Virus record (IMG/VR): IMGVR_UViG_3300029947_000012
Coordinates: 1-46,329 of that record
DNA length: 46,329 bases
Origin: a virus
Strand: one strand, 5' to 3'
Shown: piece after piece, positions 35,801 to 40,887 of the stretch
How positions within the stretch are numbered: the stretch's first letter is position 1
How the letters are laid out: every line of letters starts with the position of its first letter
The notes under the pieces: model-generated
Seen by the model: the letters and a program-made list of their open reading frames with translations, nothing else
Databases searched by the model: none
Told to the model about the DNA's origin: nothing
Made by a program: the position numbers and the translations under genes

Positions 35801-38674
35801 GCCATCGGCGGCATTCCCCTCGCCCGCATTCGCCGCATCGCGCCCGTCTTCGAGGACCAGAACCTGTTTGCCGCGTTTCTGATCGAATGGACGGCGCAGA
35901 AGATCGTCCAGAAGCACCCCGAACTGACCAACAACCGCGACCTGTGGAAATCCCCCGTCGCCATCCGCGAACTGAAGCAGACCGCGACGCACATTCTGCG
36001 CCGCCTCGCCGCGGACATCCTCGGAAGTCCCACGGGTAGCCACGCGCGGAACTTCGCCGACCACATCATCAACGAACTGGAATCGGACGCGACCTGCCGC
36101 ACCTACAAAGCCGTGCGCCGCAAAATCGCCTATGTCTACGACGCCATCCACACGGACGGCCTGCGCCAGTCCCGCAAGGAATTGATGCACCGCCTGACGG
36201 ACGGGTGGCGCGAGAAAGGACCGGACGGCAAGTACATCGTCCACCCGGGCATCCGGCAGTTGGTTGGTGCGAAGGGACGGTTCAGCGCGACCACCGAGGA
36301 AGGCAAGCGCAAGATTGACGGCCGCACCGAAATGTACGGCCGCACCCTCCTGCGCGTCCTGGCCATGTCGGACGAGGAACTGCAGGCCCGCGACGCCGAG
36401 CTGCGCGAGATAACCGACATCAACCCCACGGCGACAGGCGACGCGGGCGCGAAAGCGACCGAAGAGAAGGTGCGCGAAGCCGCCGCCGAACGCGCCATCA
36501 TCGCCGCGTACGGTGGGCTCGCCCGCCGCCTGCCGGGCGAAATCCGCGACGCGACCGAGCGTATCCTCGCCGATCTGCAAGGAAAGCGGCAGGCGTTCGA
36601 GGCCCGCCGCGAAGCCGAGAAGGCGGAGAACGACAAGGTCAAGGCCGCGCTCGTCGAGGCTATGTCCGATACACCCGCCCCCAGGAGGACGAAGCCGAAG
36701 GGCCGCGCGGAGAAGTACATCGAATCGTTTGTGGGCAACATCGGTCTCGAAATGCGCAATCTGATACGCTACTGCAAGGACGGCAAGAAACGGGACGCCG
36801 CGCAGGACGTCATTACGGACACCGAGGCCGCCCTGTCCGAGGCGACCGGCAAGTACCGCGCGACCAAGATGGGGCACGAAATCGCCATCAACGCCGCGCT
36901 GAAAGCCTGCTACGGAAACGCCGCGGACGGCGTCCGGCACCTGACCGCCGAGCCCGTGCCGGAGGAAGTTGCCCGTGCCGTCTTCGGACAGGACGCCGCC
37001 ATGACCCCGACCTACGGCAACCTGTTGCAACTCTATGCGTCAATCGTCCAGGCGGACTACAAGGCAAACGCGGAAAAGCACGGACGCCTCGCGCAACTGC
37101 CCATGATTCGCGCCGCGCTGACGGACGCCGACATGCGCTTCTACGCGTTCGCGCTGGGCTGGTACCGCGACAATCGCGCCGCCCTGTCGGACGCAGTGGA
37201 AGCCGTGACCGGCGTTCCGGTCGTATCTCCCGACCCGCTGTACGTGCCTGTCCGCGTCGCCCGCCCCGTGGAGGGATTGTCTGCGGACGTCGTCGCGTGG
37301 TCCCCCATTCCGCGCGCCCTGTCCCTCCGCGTCCCGCACGGCTGGGACTTTGACGAACACGCCAACTTCTTCCGCCTACTGGACGAGCAGGCGGAAATGC
37401 ACGCACAGACGGTCGCCTACGCCAAACTGGGCATCCGCCTGCGCGATACATGGGCGTCGCGCGAGGTTCAGGACGCCGCCCGTCGCAATGTCGGGTCGGA
37501 CGACATGATGGCCGTCACAGGGCACATGCGCGACGTCCTCGCGCAGGACGCCGCCCGCCCGGAGGATACGCGCATCCTGTCGGCAATCAACTACGCACGC
37601 GCATGGATTGCCCGCTTCGCGATCAGCGGCAACTTGTCGTCCGCAATGTCCCAGCCCGCATCCATCCCGGTGTGGGCCAACATCATGCTGGGCCACGAGG
37701 CGGTCGGATTCCGCCGCCTAGCCCGGTACATGCTGCACGTGGACGCGGACGCCGTGCGCGACCTCGTCCAGTCCGACGGCTACCGCGCCCGCTATTTGAT
37801 GGGCTGGACCGAGGACGTGCAAAACGCCATCCTGCACCCGTCCAAATCGCGCATCATGTCCACGGTCGAAACGGCCTACGACAAAGGCATGGCGCTGTCC
37901 AAGGTCGCCGACAAGGGCGCGTCCTTGTGGATTGCGCAGGGCTTCTATCGCGACGCCCGCGACATGTTCATCCGGCGCGGGGATACGGACGCGGACGCCA
38001 AACGCAAGGCCATCGCCCTGACATGGGCGGCCGTCGAGGCCAGTCAGCAGACAGGGCGGTCGGAATACCTTAACCGCCTACAGCGTGGCAATGGCGCGGT
38101 GTCCAAAATCCTGTTCCAATTCCGGACGGCCCAGTTGCTGTCCAACAACTACCTGATACAGGCCGTGCGCGATGTGCGTGCCGGGGGCGACCCCGCCGCC
38201 AAAGGACGCCTGTTGCGGGCCGTGGCGATTAACACCATTATCGTCCCGGCGTATCTGACGCTCGTTCGCGCGGCATGGGACGCGATTCTGGGCGACCCCC
38301 CGCCGGAAACCGAAGACGTGGAAGTCCCCGAGCAGGTGCGCGAGTTCCTCTGGAACGCGATTGACAACAACACCGCCCCGCTGTTCTTCGTCTCGGCGGT
38401 TGCCTCGGCCGGCGCGAAACCCCTGCTGGGGCTGGACACCTACGGCGCGTCCAGTGGCATGCCCGCCGTGGACAGCACCATCCGCATCGGACAGCACGCG
38501 GGCAGGGCATTGGCGGACGCGTCCCGCTACATCGTCAACCTGTGCACGGCGGACGACATCGCGGACGAAGTTACGGCCGAAAAACTGATAGCGGACGTGC
38601 TGCGTTTGGGACGCGACATCGCCGCGCCTGTACGGCACGCCGCGCGGGCATACGACAACTACATGGGGGATTGA
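26816..38674 (+). CDS. Giant (3,952-codon) polyvalent internal virion/ejection protein
   Basis: One uninterrupted ORF with coding bias almost throughout. It contains HExxH, ParB-like, Dam-like MTase and ART-like motifs plus a hydrophobic C-terminal core. The in-frame ATG at 26825 has better RBS spacing than the one at 26816. Confidence 0.85.
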   Translation: MANMEEFEENGNETTAKASNGLSYQGLSRLASGAPAPETPAAGDTPATPKRDAYLDFLDNLQAKQKYARGVELDRDLYEFYNSGDAKDEEKAFAFYDKWTQDRFGVGTTRGDIWTRDRKGFDNAQQYGNALFGLSQRGYAAIASPEYKAWEKACAAGDRAEMMRLAGIDPTVTEREGEAPAYTVGAAGAIVDNRPLVSRQKTDEEIDEELDAHNAKMKSENWLGAFRAMDAAYHFTDEEKELVRASLRSGDGLPKEYEDTYAGIIRGDVSRAAVLNYLIDNGRHVESRWLRDNVVLPFTSVVKSFWQGAKDTFEEASLSRAYTRANYETVRSSSDSAKFYWNDEERAEYKRLLDSGELAREAEARHYANADLAEIAKERVDAQCARRLADEAKPREQYLRERRERLYLEDALSPKAAGDYGWFSRSVSGAISTLPYMVMSATPAGFAWNVAAQFQDVRNDLILRGEDPDKALFFQAFSATAWAAIEKVQWGGLFGKELSNLAKKRLLGNVLQKAWGAGKLQGIGTLLKEGGKDVLKKTVKESLEEGMQGGLEGWTREYLRSADLSKAMDAAVGQAASDFVDSLGAMGLVSLASTGAKFSGARHAAVGIDDLVEVAQAKIHALNTYKNTLFDPEKGAPDAQLNKQTAAFAADCQSIMDAHVKDGSGAIAAMDEIAAKYALAPKESQAIAEWLDLRQNAIGMAKWANSDAAANFAARELGALPIGNDTTFDVEGLFRLVNPNARVERMQVADTAAPAPETVRHVNADEVDALEAQLAGMKARLDEMPQNAKKRKAERQYAERAKRLARLKNRLAEEEQTAHDAVPTKDVVRVTIPMGDKGETKSFVVETSSAAPDIESRGFAASVSEAMRGAIGEDGVVDGGTLTDEQFAALPIAQKANVAVTENQYLAMSEEDKAAYLEMNSLKEGGDFRILDGEGKVVYNADALVTLKRALNAPSPFTRVGGNSTLAHEYSHAISRFARDLGLVSGEDAKTMSALFGAPRKGVDELWDEEAVGDGFVDFLRGKYDFRRLTEEERRAAMGFFERIWDAIKSVFRLNGMSAPVTQHDRNRREQARETAFEAIQRGDFAGLSQYAGIKFDDDASAPEKKEPAKTEEKPQEAKAEEKKTSEETPPPQKEAKPEEMSEEKPARETDASVDADRLQEGLDKVSSSPREAEASTPRRVDLKRTIFTPDYSMKVETETLWAPLADLVESTDDRTVQMRDRSRVATDMQVLEKTRKGTFQPLALFPGTKSDDGAPIVGGGLRIVSGHGRKRMLETLAREGRYSEYLDAINEECRKQGIPSSPAGMKNPVLVSRITGGLKNHADLARFAERSNRWGGLERSGAEYAESDARAITPALMRLYAPDANGNLLAASNREFMGAFLDAVGATGLTNADGTPTPEAALRVRRALMTALFGDDERVRSMVRNLLEKGDELSTGTLLNALMKSAGRLLALKDGRASYDIVPDVREAALQYIAWRVEARRNPRLTLSDHLAQTDLFSASATPVQQALARLLENGRFGAAIDRYAELAAKQAVDAQTALPGFAPATPLQLLSRAERDTTPKNPDGSPVAPYVTPDPESEQAKTPVQTPPAVQEAPKPAPILEKKTENAAVEAAKAILAPKAKETPFVPVPFVRGTATLPQPGAPAIVNPKTGKPLKTGAYNLLRGAYETAERPTPSAQDKSGRGLGIFNPPKATDAKGRYWGDIFPHFQGNKTEMADRVSQALRVNMTRQERDHYKTVVDYFGGGGCWGLYNALTNFDNADRLVVNEYDPDRLAKIRLLHEVDGKVADIAESLLFREGNMERLVEDMRGSRKTPLTNSPNVLASHAESLFWEEVKDANDRAAFMAFLDCAHTMLSSSDQGKSDPASRTRAYYDIGVRKALDAVRADGKRAKEAADAFKARGGTIDYRAGDAANWPDAPHGDEVVAVFDPPYYRTMGYDGSSVPLDAAGRGWDYKTTAATLRRLVDAGDAIVYTDEAWWLTGGYSADEGAAEQLSLFDDIKPVFAEENDLLLGIINNFDHFDVAGAVDGRQETLGVQHGHKTDERTESGAGGDSAEPARTADGRGTGSHTGAVQPVDAGDAGQSRPTRAPGGSGGRAGGEPTAGERALARAVIADDIARHSVSRLYTGSAADYDQPSLRAVGTGVGRQAFGWGLYASKNRAVAENHATREQNRKSMPGEAGANAHVYEQTWFTDRPEGDESRLLEWDEVISAEILARIEKQSDAEGIGQEVRDALRFGNGYEGDNVYDDLRDQVFAGDAKATSEFLARAGIDGMKYPAAPRGWNYISFRDDNMRIDHHWVDGEQRYSVQRVTPEEDAAYMDAVRRGDTETAQRMVREAAKRAMPNTQVVGEDGLPRIVYHATDEDFTRFDRTKLGKATEANSGNVDMAKIGFWFNDNDLSGKVATNPAKTKAVFLDLENPARATFDELWDGARDENADGYIVEDTELGGMSYVALDPAQIKSAEPVTYDDAGRIIPLSERFDPADPDIRHSVRRDPWHSVQYGYAQAAGYSEDAHLSPEDKQATDYALDALIEKHHSGSERFGNDVMLANMYPPDWAERPVVKFALQFVGNDGALRDIRKAFFLRNGWRTNDKEGWLRYNAPAKAAVLEKDYSPKELQEKKNRFQTLLDAEREVAKKRSALQKKLGYPAYKDSEEWSRLSAEEQRLKAERLSPDKRHADAEADYQKTKAEWERSKDAKYEEWRNERVARGNAMLDEVAREHGKKTLGEFIAEGRTQPERHSVRRGRREDAVPALDIATGYLARRLLGGKTITPQQAKDILGNLGFVQENPAEVLRRAQSAADTVRERVKDAGERADSELYRYLSQASMTGRMQEAMDRAITGAAQAADPEIGRRLERAISSKRTRDLEAANGFTAAEMMAELPISLTDAFLSVAEFERTPEEKARLEAERANRAEEEKTDGKTDEELLAEVDDGEVTDPTPEQVAAFDELMGRARYAEDARKRKEAIDIAARAKAKAEAGEEAQSEDAGSGEDEDAIGGIPLARIRRIAPVFEDQNLFAAFLIEWTAQKIVQKHPELTNNRDLWKSPVAIRELKQTATHILRRLAADILGSPTGSHARNFADHIINELESDATCRTYKAVRRKIAYVYDAIHTDGLRQSRKELMHRLTDGWREKGPDGKYIVHPGIRQLVGAKGRFSATTEEGKRKIDGRTEMYGRTLLRVLAMSDEELQARDAELREITDINPTATGDAGAKATEEKVREAAAERAIIAAYGGLARRLPGEIRDATERILADLQGKRQAFEARREAEKAENDKVKAALVEAMSDTPAPRRTKPKGRAEKYIESFVGNIGLEMRNLIRYCKDGKKRDAAQDVITDTEAALSEATGKYRATKMGHEIAINAALKACYGNAADGVRHLTAEPVPEEVARAVFGQDAAMTPTYGNLLQLYASIVQADYKANAEKHGRLAQLPMIRAALTDADMRFYAFALGWYRDNRAALSDAVEAVTGVPVVSPDPLYVPVRVARPVEGLSADVVAWSPIPRALSLRVPHGWDFDEHANFFRLLDEQAEMHAQTVAYAKLGIRLRDTWASREVQDAARRNVGSDDMMAVTGHMRDVLAQDAARPEDTRILSAINYARAWIARFAISGNLSSAMSQPASIPVWANIMLGHEAVGFRRLARYMLHVDADAVRDLVQSDGYRARYLMGWTEDVQNAILHPSKSRIMSTVETAYDKGMALSKVADKGASLWIAQGFYRDARDMFIRRGDTDADAKRKAIALTWAAVEASQQTGRSEYLNRLQRGNGAVSKILFQFRTAQLLSNNYLIQAVRDVRAGGDPAAKGRLLRAVAINTIIVPAYLTLVRAAWDAILGDPPPETEDVEVPEQVREFLWNAIDNNTAPLFFVSAVASAGAKPLLGLDTYGASSGMPAVDSTIRIGQHAGRALADASRYIVNLCTADDIADEVTAEKLIADVLRLGRDIAAPVRHAARAYDNYMGD
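29717..29731 (+). other. HExxH zincin motif (HEYSH) within the giant protein
   Basis: The context is TLAHEYSHAISRF, with acidic WDEEAV downstream. Confidence 0.5.
30350..31260 (+). other. ParB/sulfiredoxin-like domain region of the giant protein
   Basis: APIVGGGLRIVSGHGRKRMLETL (GHGRKR at 30614..30631) fits the ParB-type PiV...G.gR motif. Confidence 0.5.
31870..32926 (+). other. Dam-like (D12 class) N6-adenine DNA methyltransferase domain of the giant protein
   Basis: Motifs seen: FGGGG (32042..32056), NEYDP and DPPY (32600..32611). The ending VDGRQETLGV resembles stand-alone Dam C-termini. Confidence 0.7.
32709..32737 (+). promoter_or_regulatory. Internal sigma70-like promoter candidate TTGACG-17-TATACT inside the giant gene
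   Basis: The hexamers and spacer length are identical to the early promoter at 39270..39298. TATACT is rare in this high-GC genome. Confidence 0.5.
32928..33152 (+). CDS. Nested 74-codon ORF in the +1 frame of the giant gene (hypothetical small protein)
   Basis: The ATG lies 6 nt after GGGAG. By hand count, GC3 is about 80% in this frame against about 45% in the host frame. The TAA stop falls exactly where host-frame codon bias resumes. Confidence 0.4.
   Translation: MDTKLTKEQKAARVAILLSLREPLTDGELDLIQGPSSLWTQAMRDKVGPLVRLAEAEDARAENPPPENAPSQEP
33746..34297 (+). other. ADP-ribosyltransferase-like (ART-PolyVal-type) domain of the giant protein
   Basis: The motif order RIVYHAT..F..F, IGFWF, DGYIVED and DPAQIKSAEP...DPDIRHSV matches the pattern I recall for ART domains of polyvalent proteins. 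Confidence 0.45.
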
Positions 38675-38675
38675 C

Positions 38676-39137
38676 ATGGCAACCAAACGACAACTGCACA
38701 ATCCGGATGGGTCGCTAACAAACCCGAAGCATGAGATCTACGCGCAACAGCGGGCGCTAGGATTTAGCATGCGCGACGCGTACAAGACAGCAAACCCGGG
38801 CGCGAAGCACGCGACGCCGGGATCCCTGTACAATTCCGCACAGCAGGTCGACGCCCGCCCGGAAGTCCGCGAACGGATCGCGGCGGTCCAGCACGACCTC
38901 CTGCAGTCCTCGGACGCCCTCTTATCCAAGCGTGCCCTGGGCGAAATGATGGCGGACGAGATACGCCACATGGCACAGGATGTGGGCGGGCTGACGGCCG
39001 CGAAGGGACTGATAGACACCTACTGCAAAATGTTCGGCCTCTACGAACCGGACAAAGCGGAATTGCGGATAGGTGCGGCGGACGGCGACGCGGTTGCGAC
39101 CAAACTGGCGCAATTGCTAGGCCCAAAAAAACAGTAA
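38676..39137 (+). CDS. Terminase small subunit candidate
   Basis: LTNPKHEIYAQQRALGFSMRDAYKTANPG...ARPEVRERI fits the Terminase_2-type N-terminal HTH pattern. Confidence 0.5.
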   Translation: MATKRQLHNPDGSLTNPKHEIYAQQRALGFSMRDAYKTANPGAKHATPGSLYNSAQQVDARPEVRERIAAVQHDLLQSSDALLSKRALGEMMADEIRHMAQDVGGLTAAKGLIDTYCKMFGLYEPDKAELRIGAADGDAVATKLAQLLGPKKQ

Positions 39138-39162
39138 TCGCCAATTTTTGCGCGCCCGACCG

Positions 39163-39238
39163 GGCTGGCTACCCCCCTATATAGTGGGGCGGCTGGCTCG
39201 GCGGCTTTTATTTGCCCTTATTTACCCCTTATTTGCCC
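39163..39238. repeat. Repeat cluster: GGCTGGCT x2 flanking the palindrome CTATATAG, then TTATTTGCCC / TTATTTACCCC / TTATTTGCCC in tandem
   Basis: Read directly (39163, 39191; 39177..39184; 39208..39238). Confidence 0.85.
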
Positions 39239-39269
39239 AAAAAAAATTAAAAAAACTTTAAAAACCCTA

Positions 39270-39298
39270 TTGACGCAGTGCTAAAAATATGATATACT
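39270..39298 (+). promoter_or_regulatory. Early promoter candidate TTGACG-17-TATACT with an extended -10 (TGA) and upstream A-tracts
   Basis: Near-consensus hexamers. It shares the 15-nt block ATATGATATACTATA with 42602..42616. Confidence 0.7.
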
Positions 39299-39370
39299 AT
39301 AGGCATAAACAACGGGGGAAAGGCGAAGCCACGGTGGCGACGCCCGAAACCCTAGGAAAGGAACAGCAAA

Positions 39371-40012
39371 ATGAACAAGGAACTAAAAAAATGGCTGGAT
39401 GCCAACACGACGGTCGAGACGGACGCCGGATCTGCGTACTGGTACTACAACGCCTCGGGGACGAAGACGATTGACGCGCGCGATGTCAACACGCCCGCCT
39501 ACATTAGCCTAATGTTGCACGGCGATCCGATCTACACGGACTGCCTGTCGTACTGCAACCACGGCCTTGGCGACGGCGTAGGCGGAAGCGACGCGGACGA
39601 TATCCTGGCGTTGATGCCGCCCGCGCTTGCGGACGCATTGCGCGACGGGTATGCGGTTGACGGCAGCCTGGAGGACGACCTGGCCGAATACCTGCACGAC
39701 AGGACGGAATGGACGCCCGACTACGATTATTACGATCAGCCCGCGGACGACGATGACGCGGACGACGAGGCGATCGCCGCGCTGGGAATCCCGCACGACG
39801 CGGACGAGGACAAGTGCAAGCCCGGCGAGTACACCTACTCGGTCCTGATCGACGACGGCGAATACGCCGAGGAGAGCGACTGGGATCTGACGCTGGAGCA
39901 GGCCGAGGCGAATGCGGCCGACGCCCGCAAAGATGGCAAGACCGCAAAAATCAACCGCTGGATTGTCCGGTCGGCGGGGGACGCGGACTTTGACTGCACG
40001 TTCGACGAATAA
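39371..40012 (+). CDS. Highly acidic early protein (DNA-mimic / anti-restriction candidate)
   Basis: It is the first gene after the strong promoter. By hand count it has about 52 D/E and about 15 K/R in 213 aa, including a DDDDADDE run. Confidence 0.7.
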   Translation: MNKELKKWLDANTTVETDAGSAYWYYNASGTKTIDARDVNTPAYISLMLHGDPIYTDCLSYCNHGLGDGVGGSDADDILALMPPALADALRDGYAVDGSLEDDLAEYLHDRTEWTPDYDYYDQPADDDDADDEAIAALGIPHDADEDKCKPGEYTYSVLIDDGEYAEESDWDLTLEQAEANAADARKDGKTAKINRWIVRSAGDADFDCTFDE

Positions 40013-40022
40013 CATCAACCGC

Positions 40023-40044
40023 GGGGGCGGTTCGCGCCGCCCCC
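40023..40044 (+). other. GC stem-loop GGGGGCGG-TTCGCG-CCGCCCCC after the acidic-protein gene
   Basis: Near-identical to the stem-loop after the capsid gene. It is followed by a C run and then an A run, with no U-tract. Confidence 0.8.
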
Positions 40045-40074
40045 CCCCGAAACCAAAAAAAAGGAGAACGAGAA

Positions 40075-40266
40075 ATGAAGCAATATGATATTTTCGAGTC
40101 TGAGGGCGGATACCGCGTGGCCGGGGCCCTTCACGCAGGATGGCCCGTGATGAGTGCCAGTCCGTGGCGCAAGACGCGCCGCGGAGCAGAAGCCCTCCGC
40201 AAAAAAATGCTTGCGCGGCAAAAGGAGTTGGATGCGGAAGCCAATCGAATAATGTACGGCGAATAA
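40075..40266 (+). CDS. Hypothetical small protein
   Basis: An AAGGAGAA RBS lies upstream of the ATG at 40075. Confidence 0.5.
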   Translation: MKQYDIFESEGGYRVAGALHAGWPVMSASPWRKTRRGAEALRKKMLARQKELDAEANRIMYGE

Positions 40267-40271
40267 AACCG

Positions 40272-40315
40272 CGCCCCCCCGGAAGGAACAGCAACGAATC
40301 CAACAGGGGGGGGCG
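40272..40315 (+). other. Hairpin with homopolymer arms (CGCCCCCCC ... GGGGGGGCG, 26-nt loop)
   Basis: Read directly. The loop contains GGAAGGAACAGCAAC, a degenerate copy of the recurrent leader motif. Confidence 0.75.
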
Positions 40316-40551
40316 ACATACATCTTATCACAATCGCGCCTTTCGGCGTTGGCTGTGACAACGTCAATTATGTTTTAATTCACGCGGCCTTTCGACCGGA
40401 CGAAGAACAGTATACCAAATTTTTGCGTGCCCCGTCAAGGCGCTTTTTGCAACATGCCAAAAATGCGATTTTCGGCGCAAAAAGCGCAATTGACCCTATC
40501 CCGGCAGGAGGAAAAACGGGGGCGCGAACGAAACGAAAGGAGAACAGAACC

Positions 40552-40770
40552 ATGTACAGGATGAAGGACCCCGAAAAATGCAGGCAGATACGGATCGATG
40601 CGGCGAACGCACGCTGGGAGAATCGTGGACGGTCAAAAACCGTGCGTGTTGACATTGCCGCGGCGGACGCGCTGTTGCAGATCCCCGAAAGGGACAGGCG
40701 AATGGTGGCGACGGCGGGCATATGGCGCGCGGTCGCGGCCTACAGGCAAAAAAACTCCCCCTCCGCGTGA
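40552..40770 (+). CDS. Hypothetical small basic protein (possible ribbon-helix-helix regulator)
   Basis: An AAAGGAGAA RBS lies upstream of the ATG at 40552. The gene converges on the integrase gene. Confidence 0.5.
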   Translation: MYRMKDPEKCRQIRIDAANARWENRGRSKTVRVDIAAADALLQIPERDRRMVATAGIWRAVAAYRQKNSPSA

Positions 40771-40887
40771 AAGGGGGAGAAAAACTACTAAGGGAAAGGA
40801 CACGCCGATTAACCACGGACGCGGCCGAACAAACGGTAATATGTCAACGCGTCACAATATAGCACAATCGCGGCTTCCCGTCAACGG

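Noticed and set aside
32303-37030. 1,575-aa ORF on the - strand inside the giant gene (similar cases at 27815..30781, 24604..26874 and 5064..6431)
   Set aside because: This is the same high-GC antisense artefact. The composition is implausible for a protein, and the + strand frame carries the codon bias.
40023-40044. GC hairpins after early genes called as rho-independent terminators
   Set aside because: No T-run follows them on either strand. They are listed only as stem-loops.
40380-40721. 113-aa ORF on the - strand in the early region
   Set aside because: It has no RBS and a poor protein-like composition. It overlaps the better-supported + strand gene at 40552..40770.
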